NCBI GenBank assembly: GCA_029855935.1
Contig: JAGSHN010000005.1
Span: 1 to 64,000, forward strand
Source: Candidatus Thorarchaeota archaeon
GTDB taxonomy: Archaea; Asgardarchaeota; Thorarchaeia; Thorarchaeales; Thorarchaeaceae
DNA: 64,000 nucleotides
Direction of reading: 5' to 3'
This document shows positions 46,901-58,042 of this stretch, piece by piece (positions within the stretch are counted from its first letter, which is position 1; each line of letters opens with the position of its first letter). Made by a program: the position numbers and the translations under genes. Below the pieces are notes generated by a model. It saw only the letters and a program-made list of their open reading frames with translations, searched no databases and was not told the DNA's origin.

Positions 46901-49099
46901 GTGGTTGAGATTGTACTGAAGGTCGCAGAGGCCGAACACAGAGACATTGGACGCTTCATAGTAAGGATAGATGCCATCTCCATGGAGAAGCTCGGGATCA
47001 GGACAGGAGACATCATTCAGATCAAGGGAAAGAAGACGACCGCGGCCATTGCATGGCCAGCCTACCAAGGTGACAAGGGTCGTGAGATAATAAGGATGGA
47101 TGGCAGAATCCGGCGGAATGCTGGTGTCAGCCTTGGTGACAAGGTCGTTGTTTCCAGAGCCAATGAGGAGCCTGCACGCAGTGTGACACTGGCGCCAACA
47201 TCTGTTCCGATACGACCGGAGCCACGTTTCGAGGAATTCGTGAAGAGGAAGCTGCTGAACTGTCCCGTCACCGTCGGAGATACTGTATATATTCCAATCT
47301 TGGGTAGGGCCATTCCATTCAAAGTGACAGAGGTAAAACCCAGTGGCACGGTCCTCGTTCAGCACTCGACAATGTTGACGATTGCAGAGAAGCCCACAGG
47401 GGAAACGACAACAGCTGCGCAGGTGACATACGAGGAGATTGGTGGACTCGATGAGGCCATCCAGCGAATCAGGGAGATGGTCGAACTCCCGATGAGGCAT
47501 CCGGAGATCTTCAAGAGGCTAGGAATAGACCCGCCACGAGGCCTCATTCTGCACGGTCCCCCGGGCACTGGCAAGACACTACTTGCCAAGGCGGTTGCAA
47601 GCGAGTCCGAGGCCAACTTCATCCACATCAACGGGCCCGAGATAATGTCCAAGTTCTATGGTGAGTCGGAGCAGAAGTTGAGGAAGATCTTCGAGGAGGC
47701 AGAGGAGAACGCACCGAGCATCATATTCATCGATGAACTCGATGCCATCGCCCCGAAGCGCGAAGATGTGCAGGGAGAGGTGGAGCGACGCGTAGTTGCT
47801 CAGCTGCTCGCCACAATGGACGGTCTCAAGTCACGAGGACAGGTCGTGGTGATAGGCGCTACCAACAGAATCAATGCTCTCGATCCTGCGCTCAGACGAC
47901 CAGGACGCTTCGACCGCGAGATTGAGATAGGAGTACCCGACGAAACCGGTCGACTGGAGATTCTGCAGATCCACTCGAGGGGGATGCCACTGACCAAGGA
48001 GGGCCCCAAGAAGGTCGATCTCAATCACCTTGCGAAGATCACTCACGGATTTGTGGGAGCTGACCTGCAGGCGCTGTGCCGTGAGGCAGCTATGAAGGCT
48101 CTGCGAAGATACCTTCCCGAGATGGACCTCGACCAAGAGGAGATACCCCAGGAAGTACTGGACAAGATGGAGGTGAATGCAGAAGACTTTCAGAATGCCC
48201 TCCGCGAGATACAACCATCTGCAGTACGAGAGGTGTTCATAGAGGTCCCGAATGTCCACTGGGATGACATCGGGGGACTTGAGGATGTCAAACAGCAACT
48301 GATAGAGGTCGTCGAATGGCCTCTAAAGAAGCCCGAGGCGTTCAAACGCATTGGGATAACCCCGCCAAAGGGAGTTCTCATCTTTGGTCCGCCGGGTTGC
48401 GGTAAGACCCTACTGGCCAAGGCGGTGGCCACAGAGAGCGAGGCCAACTTCATCAGTGTCAAGGGTCCAGAACTGCTGTCCAAGTGGGTTGGAGAGAGCG
48501 AGAAGGCAGTCCGAGAGATCTTCCGGAAAGCGAGAACCGCAGCACCCGCAGTGATATTCTTTGATGAGATTGATGCGATTGCACCGACCAGAGGCGGACG
48601 CGCTGGCGACAGTCATGTCACTGAACGGGTCATAAGTCAGATTCTCACCGAGATGGATGGCCTTGAGGCGATGAAGGACGTTCTTGTTCTCGCCGCCACC
48701 AACAGGCCTGACCTTGTCGACCCCGCACTACTGCGGACGGGACGCTTTGACAGGCTCGTATATGTTGGAGTCCCAGACGCACAGGGGCGCAGGGAGATTT
48801 TCAAGATATATACCGCCAACATGCCTCTGGATGACGACGTCGATATGGATAGGCTTGTTGCGGAAACAGAGCTCTTTGTCGGCGGAGACATAGAGGCGCT
48901 CTGCCGAGAGGCGGGAATGCGTGCACTGCGGGAGGACATGAATATCGAGAAGGTCTCGTGGCGGCACTTCGAGGCGGCGCTGAAGGTAATCCACTCGTCC
49001 GTCAGACCACAGGACCTAGAGCGCTATGAGCGGATGAACGAAGAGCTCAGGAAATCCGCCGTCGCTAGTACGACGGCTGAGCCCCCAGCCTACATCTAG
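46901..49099 (+). CDS. cdc48: CDC48/VCP AAA+ ATPase
   Basis: N-domain plus two AAA modules ([16 protein letters not shown]); C-terminal HbYX-like AYI. Confidence 0.97.
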   Translation: MVEIVLKVAEAEHRDIGRFIVRIDAISMEKLGIRTGDIIQIKGKKTTAAIAWPAYQGDKGREIIRMDGRIRRNAGVSLGDKVVVSRANEEPARSVTLAPTSVPIRPEPRFEEFVKRKLLNCPVTVGDTVYIPILGRAIPFKVTEVKPSGTVLVQHSTMLTIAEKPTGETTTAAQVTYEEIGGLDEAIQRIREMVELPMRHPEIFKRLGIDPPRGLILHGPPGTGKTLLAKAVASESEANFIHINGPEIMSKFYGESEQKLRKIFEEAEENAPSIIFIDELDAIAPKREDVQGEVERRVVAQLLATMDGLKSRGQVVVIGATNRINALDPALRRPGRFDREIEIGVPDETGRLEILQIHSRGMPLTKEGPKKVDLNHLAKITHGFVGADLQALCREAAMKALRRYLPEMDLDQEEIPQEVLDKMEVNAEDFQNALREIQPSAVREVFIEVPNVHWDDIGGLEDVKQQLIEVVEWPLKKPEAFKRIGITPPKGVLIFGPPGCGKTLLAKAVATESEANFISVKGPELLSKWVGESEKAVREIFRKARTAAPAVIFFDEIDAIAPTRGGRAGDSHVTERVISQILTEMDGLEAMKDVLVLAATNRPDLVDPALLRTGRFDRLVYVGVPDAQGRREIFKIYTANMPLDDDVDMDRLVAETELFVGGDIEALCREAGMRALREDMNIEKVSWRHFEAALKVIHSSVRPQDLERYERMNEELRKSAVASTTAEPPAYI

Positions 49100-49122
49100 T
49101 AAAGTACAGGAGGACGAGAACA

Positions 49123-49383
49123 GTGATAGCGTGGAATGTACTCCCTCTTAGAACCGTCATAATGAATATTCTGAGAAAGCGACGCGGCGTCATGCTTGAT
49201 GACGAGCTGGAGAGGGCCATCAAGAAGGAGATTGGGCGTCATCCAACAGATGCGGAACTGAACGATGCGCTGATGCAGTTGGAGATCAACGGCCTGATCC
49301 ACGTCAGCCAGATCACCAAGACCAAACGGAGAATCGAGATGATAGAAGAGGGAACTGAATTTCTCGCCGTCGATGAGGACTGA
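49123..49383 (+). CDS. Small winged-helix-like protein
   Basis: ELNDALMQLEINGLIHV followed by a beta wing. Confidence 0.7.
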   Translation: MIAWNVLPLRTVIMNILRKRRGVMLDDELERAIKKEIGRHPTDAELNDALMQLEINGLIHVSQITKTKRRIEMIEEGTEFLAVDED

Positions 49384-49418
49384 GCTAGCTGGCTATTAGC
49401 AGATGAAGGTCGCATCCA

Positions 49419-49880
49419 ATGGCAGGGAAGAGAGTACTGGCAGCAGGCAAGTTTGACATCCTTCACCTTGGACATATCGCATATCTTGAGCAGGCAAGAG
49501 AGCTTGCAGGGGAGGATGGCGAACTAATAGTGGTGGTGGCCCGTGACACGACAATCCTCCGAGAGAGAGGCGCCCCGCCAGTCTTCCCACAGGAGCAGCG
49601 AAGACGCATAATAGCGTCGCTCAAGATGGTCGACGAGGCCGTGATAGGCTATGATACGACAGACCGCACAAAGATAGTGGCCGACTACCAACCCGACATA
49701 ATTGCGCTGGGCTATGATCAGGAGATAGATATAGAACAACTCTCCCTCGAGCTCGAACGACGGGGCCTGAGGACCAAGATTGTAAGACTTGAGCGCAAGG
49801 ATGCAGACGGCCTCTCTTCATCGACCACTATTAGAAGACGCATCATAGAGTACTACAAGAATAACGGCACCGTCAGATAG
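49419..49880 (+). CDS. ribL: FAD synthase (cytidylyltransferase family)
   Basis: GKFDILHLGH, VVARD, PDIIALGYDQ, SSTTI. Confidence 0.88.
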   Translation: MAGKRVLAAGKFDILHLGHIAYLEQARELAGEDGELIVVVARDTTILRERGAPPVFPQEQRRRIIASLKMVDEAVIGYDTTDRTKIVADYQPDIIALGYDQEIDIEQLSLELERRGLRTKIVRLERKDADGLSSSTTIRRRIIEYYKNNGTVR

Positions 49881-49881
49881 T

Positions 49882-51240
49882 TCATATGACCAGCTCGCCG
49901 CGTTCCTCCGCCTCTCTAATCAGACGAAGTCTCTTCTCTCTTCTCTCAATGGCCTTTTTCCAGAGAACATAAGCGAGCCCGGTGAACCCAATTATGGCGG
50001 TCAGTCCAAAGAGAGAATACCATCCTGGGACAAAGTGGCTGGTAAAGTCAGGTAGCGGGCCCGTGATGAAGTAGGGCCAATTGCAGGCCACCCCTAGCGT
50101 GTACAGCAGTCCGACCACCGTCATCTCTCTCAAATAGCCGGATGCCTGTTCGTCCTTTTTGAACAACAACACTGCAGGACCTAGCCAGAATAGGTACCAT
50201 GGCATCACCCAACGAAATGCAAATAGTGCCCCAGGGAGAAGATATAGATAGAGAGGGACCATCAGCCCGAGCTTCTCTCTGATAGTGGCCTTCGTGAATT
50301 CCTCGCGCTTTGGAAGGTACCGATGAATAGTGAGTAGCATAAAGGCGACATAGATCGTCAGCGGAATGAACCCGGGGGGCCAGAAGTAGTACTGGACGGG
50401 ATCGGTGGTGAAGTCAGGCGTCGCCAGACCAAGTCCCGGGAACAGGGGGTTGACAATGTATGAACTGTACTCGGAGGTGTTGAGAAAGTGATTGACAAGT
50501 GAGCTGAAGTTTACCCCAAGCAACGTCAGTGGGATGACCGTGAGTAACATGGATATGAAGAACCATATGGCTGCAGTTGGAGCCTCGAGGAATAGAATTG
50601 GAAAGAAGACGGCGGGGTAGATCTTCGTCTGAACCGACAGACCCAATGTGAACATCGACTTTCCATACTGTTTCTCCTGACGCAGTACTAGCGACATCAG
50701 AAGTAGACAGTCCACTATCGGTTCCAGCTTTCCGCCCCCGGCAGACATTATGAGCCCATAGATGAAGTAGCCCCCAAAGAATAGTCGAGCCCATCTTGAG
50801 TAGTAGATCTTGTCCCCAAGCAGTATCGCCACTAGAACAAGGTTGAGATTGAAGGTCAATACCAACAGGAAGTTCAGCCATAGTGGTTGAAGGTCGTTCA
50901 CACCCGGGAACAACCACGTGGCGATTGCAAAGAATATGAGACCAAAGACAGGATATTCGTACTTGACATTGCCTAGGTAGCTGGGAAGCACATGCAGGCC
51001 ATCGTTAAACCCCCACTCTGGTGGTAGCGACTCGGCCAGCTCTTGGTCGGTCATATTGTACACGCCAAAGCCGTAGATCCAGAATGCCTCACCGTACATC
51101 TCGTTCCTGTTCCGGTCACGCTGAATCACAATCATGTTGGCAAAGGGAATCGCTACGATAGATATGACAAGACTGAGAACGAGATAACGCCGCATCTCAT
51201 AAATCTTGAAGGAGATAGCACGAAGCATTCGGTGGACCAC
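49882..51240 (-). CDS. Polytopic GT-C-like (GT87/DUF2029-like) glycosyltransferase
   Basis: YEYPV in first loop, K(IY)P after TM, PWYLFW; about 10 TM segments. Confidence 0.6.
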   Translation of the reverse strand: MVHRMLRAISFKIYEMRRYLVLSLVISIVAIPFANMIVIQRDRNRNEMYGEAFWIYGFGVYNMTDQELAESLPPEWGFNDGLHVLPSYLGNVKYEYPVFGLIFFAIATWLFPGVNDLQPLWLNFLLVLTFNLNLVLVAILLGDKIYYSRWARLFFGGYFIYGLIMSAGGGKLEPIVDCLLLMSLVLRQEKQYGKSMFTLGLSVQTKIYPAVFFPILFLEAPTAAIWFFISMLLTVIPLTLLGVNFSSLVNHFLNTSEYSSYIVNPLFPGLGLATPDFTTDPVQYYFWPPGFIPLTIYVAFMLLTIHRYLPKREEFTKATIREKLGLMVPLYLYLLPGALFAFRWVMPWYLFWLGPAVLLFKKDEQASGYLREMTVVGLLYTLGVACNWPYFITGPLPDFTSHFVPGWYSLFGLTAIIGFTGLAYVLWKKAIERREKRLRLIREAEERGELVI

Positions 51241-51333
51241 CTAGTAGCGTAGCGCCTAGCGCTGTCACAAGGGCCGTGATAATTAAGGTTTCGTAACATA
51301 TGGGCCACAGACATCAGGACCTGACAGCCATTC

Positions 51334-53295
51334 TCACTGCAGATAGGTCGGGCAGGGGAAGGTATCGCACTGCAGACAATGCGTGCACCGTTTGGAGTCT
51401 ACTGCAATCTTACCATCTGGGCCCAGATAGAGAGCATTATGAGGGCACTGCGGAACACAAGACCCACAGCCCTGACAGAAGAGGGCCCGCCGAACCGCAC
51501 GCTCGACCGGAGTGACAAGTTTCCGAACGGTCTGCTCATCAGGGCCACGTATTGTGAGAGAACCAGAGCTGAACAGAACAATGCTCGTCTTGTCAGTTGC
51601 AATACGGACACCGCCAAGCGACTCTGATACGCTGAGTCGTCCGAATATCGGGAGGAGTCTACGAACTCGCTCGATGTCAACACTGGAGGAGAACTGTCCC
51701 TCCACACTGAATCCCGCGGAAACGCATGGCGAGACCCCCTTCACAATCCTAAGGCTCAGCATTTCCGTGGGGGCATCTCTCACGGGTCTGAGAGAGAGCC
51801 CCAGTCGCTCGGCAAGTTCGCGTTGGGCTGGAGGCAGATGCTTCCATCGCCAGAACCCGAGCGTTGCCCACTCTCGGGGAAGACCCTGCTTCTCGGCCCA
51901 GTCCAACAGAAAGTTATGCCAGCGGGCATAGAGGCCCGGATGAGTGACCTTGAGCGACTCCAGCTCTGCCATCGACGAGGCTGGACATAGGTAACATCCC
52001 ATTCGATGATATCCGCGCTCGTAGAGCGGGTTGAACGACACGCCCTCCCGAAATATGTACAACCACACCTCAAGGGCATTCCAGTTCTGAATCGGGTTGG
52101 CAGAAGTCTGTCCCGGCACCCACGGATTGGATGTGACACGAGGCTCCATAGAACGCTGAAACGACTCCAGACGCCGTTGCCCCAGAAATGCCAGTGTGCG
52201 TCCCCCCATCTTCTCGGCAATTGCGGTGGCGGCCGGGCCAAGCTTTAGGACCTTACAGCACCACCGGAAGTCGCGTGCAGGGGGACCAAATGAATCAAGA
52301 GATCTCCAGAAACGACCACCAGCCTTCTCGCCGATTATCTCGACACCGTGCTCCCGTGCTATGCTCCTCACATACTCCACAGTCTCTGGAAGCTCTAGTC
52401 CTGTGTCCATGAAGAACATTGGCGGACTGCGGCCCAGTGCCTTCTCCACAAGCAGATATGTTACAAGAGAGTCCTTCCCCCCACTGAAACCTACGACCAC
52501 AGGAAGGGAGTGACGCTCCACCGTGGAGCGAATGAATTGTATTGCCTCGGCCTCAATCATCTCAAGGTCGGCCCGGTTCGCCTCCACAGCATCAGCCCAG
52601 CTACTGGAGCGGTCGTTGATTGAGGGAGGCTGGGACTCTGCCGACAACCGCACCTTCACGGCCACACCTCTTCGCTCATTCTGCATAGACCGACCGCTCA
52701 TCCGTGCGATGCCGGTTCCGAGGACTTCGTCTTGGGGGCCGAGTATGTATACCTCATCGCCCGGCTCTATGGCGGGGTCACAGTCAGACACACCCGGTAC
52801 GAGCAGACTGCCACCATTCTTGAGATATGGAATCACATCCTCGTGGCACCTCACCCAACTCTTTCTGCTGAAACGAGCAACACGCCTCGCGCCCTCTAGG
52901 GACAGCAGGAAGTTGTAACAAAGACGAGGGATGTCAAAGCGTAGCCTGCCGACGATATGACCATCGACAACTACCTCGAACATTGCATCGATAGCCGATA
53001 CTTTGTTCAACACAATCGTCTTGTTCCGCGGAAAGAGCTTCTCGCCTACGCCAGGCCCGAACTGCCTGTCGACAGCACCAACCATCTGGACGCGATGACC
53101 ATCCATTGCTGGAAAGCTGTCGCCAGGTGGCGAGATTGGTACACGGCGAGGAGGCTGTCCGCACACGCTGCAGAGGGTTTCACGGACTCGCGGTACGTTA
53201 CATGTGTCACACCAGAAGAGGCGAATCTTGCCTAGGTAGGGGGCGTGGCCCCGCCTGAACTTCTTGCGCCTCCTGCGTACATGGCCAGTCCCCAG
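51334..53295 (-). CDS. PAPS-reductase-family protein with N-terminal Zn ribbon, PUA and 4Fe-4S domains (probable CTG start)
   Basis: FSGGKDS, RWCCKVLK, RMGCYLCP, ferredoxin CxxCxxC motifs; conserved YLGK..WCDTCNVP lies upstream of the first canonical start (53166). Confidence 0.88.
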   Translation of the reverse strand: MGTGHVRRRRKKFRRGHAPYLGKIRLFWCDTCNVPRVRETLCSVCGQPPRRVPISPPGDSFPAMDGHRVQMVGAVDRQFGPGVGEKLFPRNKTIVLNKVSAIDAMFEVVVDGHIVGRLRFDIPRLCYNFLLSLEGARRVARFSRKSWVRCHEDVIPYLKNGGSLLVPGVSDCDPAIEPGDEVYILGPQDEVLGTGIARMSGRSMQNERRGVAVKVRLSAESQPPSINDRSSSWADAVEANRADLEMIEAEAIQFIRSTVERHSLPVVVGFSGGKDSLVTYLLVEKALGRSPPMFFMDTGLELPETVEYVRSIAREHGVEIIGEKAGGRFWRSLDSFGPPARDFRWCCKVLKLGPAATAIAEKMGGRTLAFLGQRRLESFQRSMEPRVTSNPWVPGQTSANPIQNWNALEVWLYIFREGVSFNPLYERGYHRMGCYLCPASSMAELESLKVTHPGLYARWHNFLLDWAEKQGLPREWATLGFWRWKHLPPAQRELAERLGLSLRPVRDAPTEMLSLRIVKGVSPCVSAGFSVEGQFSSSVDIERVRRLLPIFGRLSVSESLGGVRIATDKTSIVLFSSGSLTIRGPDEQTVRKLVTPVERAVRRALFCQGCGSCVPQCPHNALYLGPDGKIAVDSKRCTHCLQCDTFPCPTYLQ

Positions 53296-53317
53296 GGCTT
53301 ATCCACTCCATGCCTGC

Positions 53318-53983
53318 TCAGGTTTTGAATCCCGATATGATCTGGACGCCTCTGCTGGCACCAATACGAGTGGCGCCCGCCTCGATCATAGAGATGGCGT
53401 CCTCCAGAGTGCGAATCCCACCTGCAGCCTTGACACCCAGATGATTGCCTACAACACTTCGCATCAGTCGCACGTCCTCCACCGTTGCACCACGAGGACC
53501 AAATCCAGTAGATGTCTTGACAAAGTGCGCACCAGCCTCCTCAGCAAGGCTGCAGCCCAGCCTGACCTCCTCTGTTGTCAGATAGCCGGTTTCGAGAATC
53601 ACCTTCACCGTGTTTCCCTCTGCAGCATCGACAACGGAAACGATGTCATTCCTCACGTCGTCTGTCTGGCCCGCCTTGAGGAAACCAATGTTGATCACCA
53701 TGTCAATCTCAGTGGCACCATCACTGACCGCGGTCTGTGTCTCCAAGGCCTTTGCTCTGCTGCTCATAGCGCCCAGCGGGAAACCCACAACACTACAGAC
53801 CGCTACGTTCTCCCCCTCAAGGAGTGTGCTTGCCAACCTCACGTAGCAGCTGTTCACGCACACAGCGCCGAATGAGAACTCGACTGCCTCGGAGCAGAGC
53901 TCCCGAATCCTGTCCGGGGTCGCAGTGGGTTTCAGCTCAGTGTGATCAATCATCCTTGCAAGTTCGTTTCGCGTTATCTTCAC
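53318..53983 (-). CDS. deoC: Deoxyribose-phosphate aldolase
   Basis: IDHT.L, VGFPLG, KVILET, FVKTSTG, KAAGGIR, RIGAS. Confidence 0.97.
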   Translation of the reverse strand: MKITRNELARMIDHTELKPTATPDRIRELCSEAVEFSFGAVCVNSCYVRLASTLLEGENVAVCSVVGFPLGAMSSRAKALETQTAVSDGATEIDMVINIGFLKAGQTDDVRNDIVSVVDAAEGNTVKVILETGYLTTEEVRLGCSLAEEAGAHFVKTSTGFGPRGATVEDVRLMRSVVGNHLGVKAAGGIRTLEDAISMIEAGATRIGASRGVQIISGFKT

Positions 53984-54055
53984 AGCGAGAGCACCGGGTG
54001 CTGTGCCTCGCCACCACTATTAACCGCTTCGAAACGTACCAGCGGTATGACTCAC

Positions 54056-54394
54056 TCATCGTCCGCCGAGATAACTCCGGATGTCGTCCATCACCTCTTT
54101 CTGTAGTCGAATGACATCGTGAACCTCGATCTCTTCTGCATCCTTGACCACGGAGTTGAGCTGGACGACTGTGCCGACAGTTTCAACCTTCGAGAAGTCA
54201 ACGGGAAACTCCACCTCGGCCCCTTTCACAATGAGCTCGGACCTTGTGGGATGAAGACCTATCCGAACACTGCGGACAATTCCTATGCGGCGGGCCCTAC
54301 TGTCCAGTACCTCCTTGCCAATCAGTCTTCCTGGCATGGTGAGTTCATAGAGTTCGGCTTCAATGCTCGGTATGGTGTCCTCTTTGGCCGTCAT
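54056..54394 (-). CDS. PRC-barrel domain protein
   Basis: LIGKEVLDS.A..IG.V, V.FSKV..VG.VV.L. Confidence 0.8.
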   Translation of the reverse strand: MTAKEDTIPSIEAELYELTMPGRLIGKEVLDSRARRIGIVRSVRIGLHPTRSELIVKGAEVEFPVDFSKVETVGTVVQLNSVVKDAEEIEVHDVIRLQKEVMDDIRSYLGGR

Positions 54395-54668
54395 CGTAAT
54401 GATGCTCCTAAGATCTCAACTCTAAATGGCATAACACACGTTTTTTACGGTAAGTATTACACAGGAGGATGAACAATGCGCACGACAGACGCACCTGACA
54501 ACGGAATGAGGCGTCTTGGAACTGCAAGACTCTGTCCCTGCTGTCGTTGATATAGATTAGGCGCAGAATCGTGACCGAGAGTGCCTGTGCGTGAACATCA
54601 TCAGAGAACATGTGGCAATGTCCGTCGGCCGGGATGATTCTGCACCTATCAAGGAGAGGTAGAGCCCC

Positions 54669-56987
54669 GTGGAGCGCAGACCTGATACAATAGAAATGCC
54701 GCTGATTCGACCGAATACAATCGAGTACAGGGAATATCAGGTCAACTTGGCCAGGATTGCAGCCGAAGAGGACACACTGATAGTGCTCAGCACAGGACTT
54801 GGAAAGACCGTCATAGCAGCCCTTGTGGCCGCAATCCGGCTTGACAGGTTCCATGACTCACAGGTCCTCTTTCTCGCACCCTCAAGACCTCTGGTGGACC
54901 AGCAGGCGAGATTCCTGAGAGCCGCACTCACGCTCCCTGAGAACAGCGTCATTTGCCTCACAGGACAGGATGGTCCTGCCGCGCGGCGAGATAAGTGGGA
55001 CACAGCGAGAGTCATCGTGATGACGCCACAGGCGCTACAGAACGATCTCGTCCAAGGGAGCTACGACCTTGCAGATGTATGTCTGATAGTGTACGATGAG
55101 GCCCACCGCGGCGTTGGGAACTACGCGTATACGTTCATCGCGGGGATGTATGAGAAGCAGGGGATCCACCGACGGTCTCTCGGCCTCACAGCATCCCCGG
55201 GGAGCGATAGCGAACACATCCGTACCGTGTGTAGCAATCTCCGACTCAAGAGGGTGGAGGTCAGGGACCATAGCAGCCCGGATGTCCGGCCATACGTGGT
55301 AGGGGTGAATACGGACATCAAGTATGTACATCTCCCATCGGAGATTGAGGTGCTTCGGGACATGTTGTACGATCTGCTAAAGGTCTATCTCGCTCCGTTG
55401 AAGAACTACGGCTACACCATCTCCGACCCAAAGAGACTCGGCAAACGGGAGATACTGGACCTTCAGATGCAGATTCGAAGGGAGATAGGAACGTACACGA
55501 AACCGCCGCGCCATCTCTTCACTTTGGTCAGAAACCTTACGGCGGCTCTTCGCGTGAACAGTCTTCTTGAGTTCGTCGGAACTCAGGGCCTACTACCAAC
55601 ATTCCGATACATCCAGGGAATATACGAAGAGGTGAGGAATAGGAGAGGGTCCAAGGGGGTAAAGGATTTGATATCAAGGTCAGAGTTCCGGGAGTTCGAG
55701 AAACTCCTGCAGGCCCTGATAGCTAACGGGATGCGACACCCCAAGGCGGACCTCCTGCTGGAGATTGTAGAGGAGCAGCTCTCTATCAATCCTGACTCTA
55801 GAATACTTGTCTTCACACGATACCGCGACACAGCATCAGAAGTAGCAGAGATAATTGACAGTCTCGATGCAGCACGCGTGAGCAGGTTTGTCGGCCAAGG
55901 TTCTCGGTCGCTCGACAAGGGCTTTACTCAGAAGAAACAAGTGGAGGTGCTGGACGCATTCAGGCTGAACGAGTTCAATGTTCTCGTGGCCACGCAGGTG
56001 GGTGAGGAGGGGCTCGATATCCCAGAGTGTAATCTAGTGGTGTTCTACGATTGCGTACCGTCAGTCGTCCCGTTCATTCAGAGAAAGGGACGCACTGGCA
56101 GACGTACTCCTGGCCGAGTCGTGATCTTCGTTGCGAAAGGCACCCATGATGAGTACTACTACTGGAGCGTCAAGAACAAGCTCAGGCGTATGAGTTCCAC
56201 TCTCAGAGAGGTGGGAGAGATTGTGGAGGAAGAGAAACAGACAAGAATTGACGAGTTCGAGGAAGAGGCCGCGCCAGCCATTGAGAGGGAACCAACTGAG
56301 AGAGCCAGCCAGACGTTTCGGGCCAAGTTGATAGTAGACACGAGGGAGATGCCCACAGCAGTGGCCAGAGAACTGGCTAGGCTGGACGTCCAGATTGTCG
56401 GAGAGCAACTCCAGATAGGAGACTATGTGGCCTCAGAGGAGGTGGCCATCGAACGCAAGGATGTGGGCGACTTTGTGCAGTCCCTGATTGATGGCAGACT
56501 CTTCTCGCAACTGACATCACTGAGAGCAGCGTATCGGAGGCCAGTCCTAATAATCGAAGGGGAACAACTTCTGGGACAGAGAGCCGTGAACCCGGCGGCA
56601 ATCTTCGGTGCCTTGGCCTCCATTGCCATCCGCCTCCAAGTCCCAATACTGTGGACTAGGTCTCCAGAGGAAACCGCCCTTCTACTCTACCGAATAGCAG
56701 TCATTGAGCAGAGAGAGGAACGGAGGACCCTGAGGACACGCGCTGCCGATTCTAAGGCGACAGATGCAGAGGTCCTTGAGTATATATTGTCAGGCTTTCC
56801 AGGCGTTGACACTGTGATATCTCGTGCCCTCCTAGAGCATTTTGGAACTCTGGAGAACGTGTTCAATGCCGAAGAGAGAGAGTTGCGCAAGGTCAAGGGG
56901 GTCGGCCCCAAGACTGCCAGCTCAATCAAGAGGCTATTGAGAACGAAGTATCCTTTGTACGGAGAGAGTCGGTCGGCCGATCAGTAG
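54669..56987 (+). CDS. hef: Hef (FANCM-like) DEAH helicase fused to ERCC4 nuclease
   Basis: TGLGKT, DEAH, LTASPG, QRKGRTGR, ERK..DF..S..DGR, HhH. Confidence 0.95.
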   Translation: MERRPDTIEMPLIRPNTIEYREYQVNLARIAAEEDTLIVLSTGLGKTVIAALVAAIRLDRFHDSQVLFLAPSRPLVDQQARFLRAALTLPENSVICLTGQDGPAARRDKWDTARVIVMTPQALQNDLVQGSYDLADVCLIVYDEAHRGVGNYAYTFIAGMYEKQGIHRRSLGLTASPGSDSEHIRTVCSNLRLKRVEVRDHSSPDVRPYVVGVNTDIKYVHLPSEIEVLRDMLYDLLKVYLAPLKNYGYTISDPKRLGKREILDLQMQIRREIGTYTKPPRHLFTLVRNLTAALRVNSLLEFVGTQGLLPTFRYIQGIYEEVRNRRGSKGVKDLISRSEFREFEKLLQALIANGMRHPKADLLLEIVEEQLSINPDSRILVFTRYRDTASEVAEIIDSLDAARVSRFVGQGSRSLDKGFTQKKQVEVLDAFRLNEFNVLVATQVGEEGLDIPECNLVVFYDCVPSVVPFIQRKGRTGRRTPGRVVIFVAKGTHDEYYYWSVKNKLRRMSSTLREVGEIVEEEKQTRIDEFEEEAAPAIEREPTERASQTFRAKLIVDTREMPTAVARELARLDVQIVGEQLQIGDYVASEEVAIERKDVGDFVQSLIDGRLFSQLTSLRAAYRRPVLIIEGEQLLGQRAVNPAAIFGALASIAIRLQVPILWTRSPEETALLLYRIAVIEQREERRTLRTRAADSKATDAEVLEYILSGFPGVDTVISRALLEHFGTLENVFNAEERELRKVKGVGPKTASSIKRLLRTKYPLYGESRSADQ

Positions 56988-57649
56988 ACCTCGGGGTTTT
57001 TCCCTGCACCTCTACGATAGGCATCTCGCAGAGCGTCCGTCACTTCTCGACTGATCTGCCAGTAGTGCTCATAGTCGGTGTCGTGGAGACTTATGATACT
57101 CAGGAGGCGCCGAAGAGCGACATAGACCTCAGGGTCGATGACGGGGACCATCCGGAGCATCTGTTCTGCATGTCCGCGACCCTTTCGCCAGAGCTCGTCC
57201 CACTCCACGTACTTCTTGGCCAGTTCTCTGATCTCCGGCTCACTAGGAATCGCAAATCCCATCTGTTTCATGACTGAAACAATGTTGTAGGCGGTGGCAA
57301 TGTCTGCAGCGCGCCTGGATGGAAGATTATCGAGGTTCTCAGTCGCGATAAAGATATTCTCTGCTGTGGCACGCCAGACCTTTTTCATGATGTGGGTATC
57401 GCCATTCCCCGCTGGCTCGTAGCCGTCCTGCCGAATCAGGCCGCTCCGGGCCAGTTCCTTGAGGTGATACCTCACGGTCTGAGGCTTGATTTCCTTGTTG
57501 GGATCCTGCTGTGATAGGAATTCCACTATCTCGCTCGTTGACATCCTGCGTGCCTTGAGGGCATGAAAAATCCTGCGTCGGGTTTCGTCGGATAGGGCCT
57601 TGAATGCCTGAATTGCCTCATCGCCTGTCAGTATCTTTAGAGAATCCAT
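56981..57649 (-). CDS. ArsR-like winged-helix transcriptional regulator
   Basis: FKALSDETRRRI, QTVRYHLKEL.RSGLI; start MDSLKIL with GGTGA SD. Confidence 0.85.
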   Translation of the reverse strand: MDSLKILTGDEAIQAFKALSDETRRRIFHALKARRMSTSEIVEFLSQQDPNKEIKPQTVRYHLKELARSGLIRQDGYEPAGNGDTHIMKKVWRATAENIFIATENLDNLPSRRAADIATAYNIVSVMKQMGFAIPSEPEIRELAKKYVEWDELWRKGRGHAEQMLRMVPVIDPEVYVALRRLLSIISLHDTDYEHYWQISREVTDALRDAYRRGAGKNPEVY

Positions 57650-57790
57650 CCCACAATCACCCGTCATACAAGAAGAGTTGCCACTCGATATTCCGCCAAT
57701 GATCTCCCGTATCATGCGTCCCGAAGTAATCGTGACTAGGTCGGCGTCCGAGCGAGAGGAGGAGTCATCAGCAGAAGCCATTCGTCTGCC

Positions 57791-58042
57791 TCACGCCGGT
57801 ATGTAGATGTACTGGCGCATGTCCTGTAGACAGGGTACTCTCTTGATCAGCTTCTTCTTGAGTAGCTTTCTCAGTGCATACCTGACAGTCCTAGGCGCGA
57901 AAGACACCTTGTCCAGTAGCTGCTTTGGTGTCACCCCGTCCTTTCCACTGCTGCGCAGGATATCAAGGACTATCATCTGGCTCTTCGTGAGCTTCATGTC
58001 CTTGAGCTCTTCCCGAAGTTCTGCATCGGTCATCATTTCCAA
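57791..58042 (-). CDS. Small winged-helix DNA-binding protein
   Basis: LTKSQ..VL, APRTVRYAL, QDMRQYIY. Confidence 0.85.
   Translation of the reverse strand: MEMMTDAELREELKDMKLTKSQMIVLDILRSSGKDGVTPKQLLDKVSFAPRTVRYALRKLLKKKLIKRVPCLQDMRQYIYIPA

Noticed and set aside
54470-54570. Small Cys-containing ORF upstream of hef
   Set aside because: Very short, no recognisable family, weak start context
57650-57790. Box C/D sRNA (TGATGA followed by a pyrimidine-rich tract)
   Set aside because: No clear CTGA box D at suitable spacing; a target cannot be verified here
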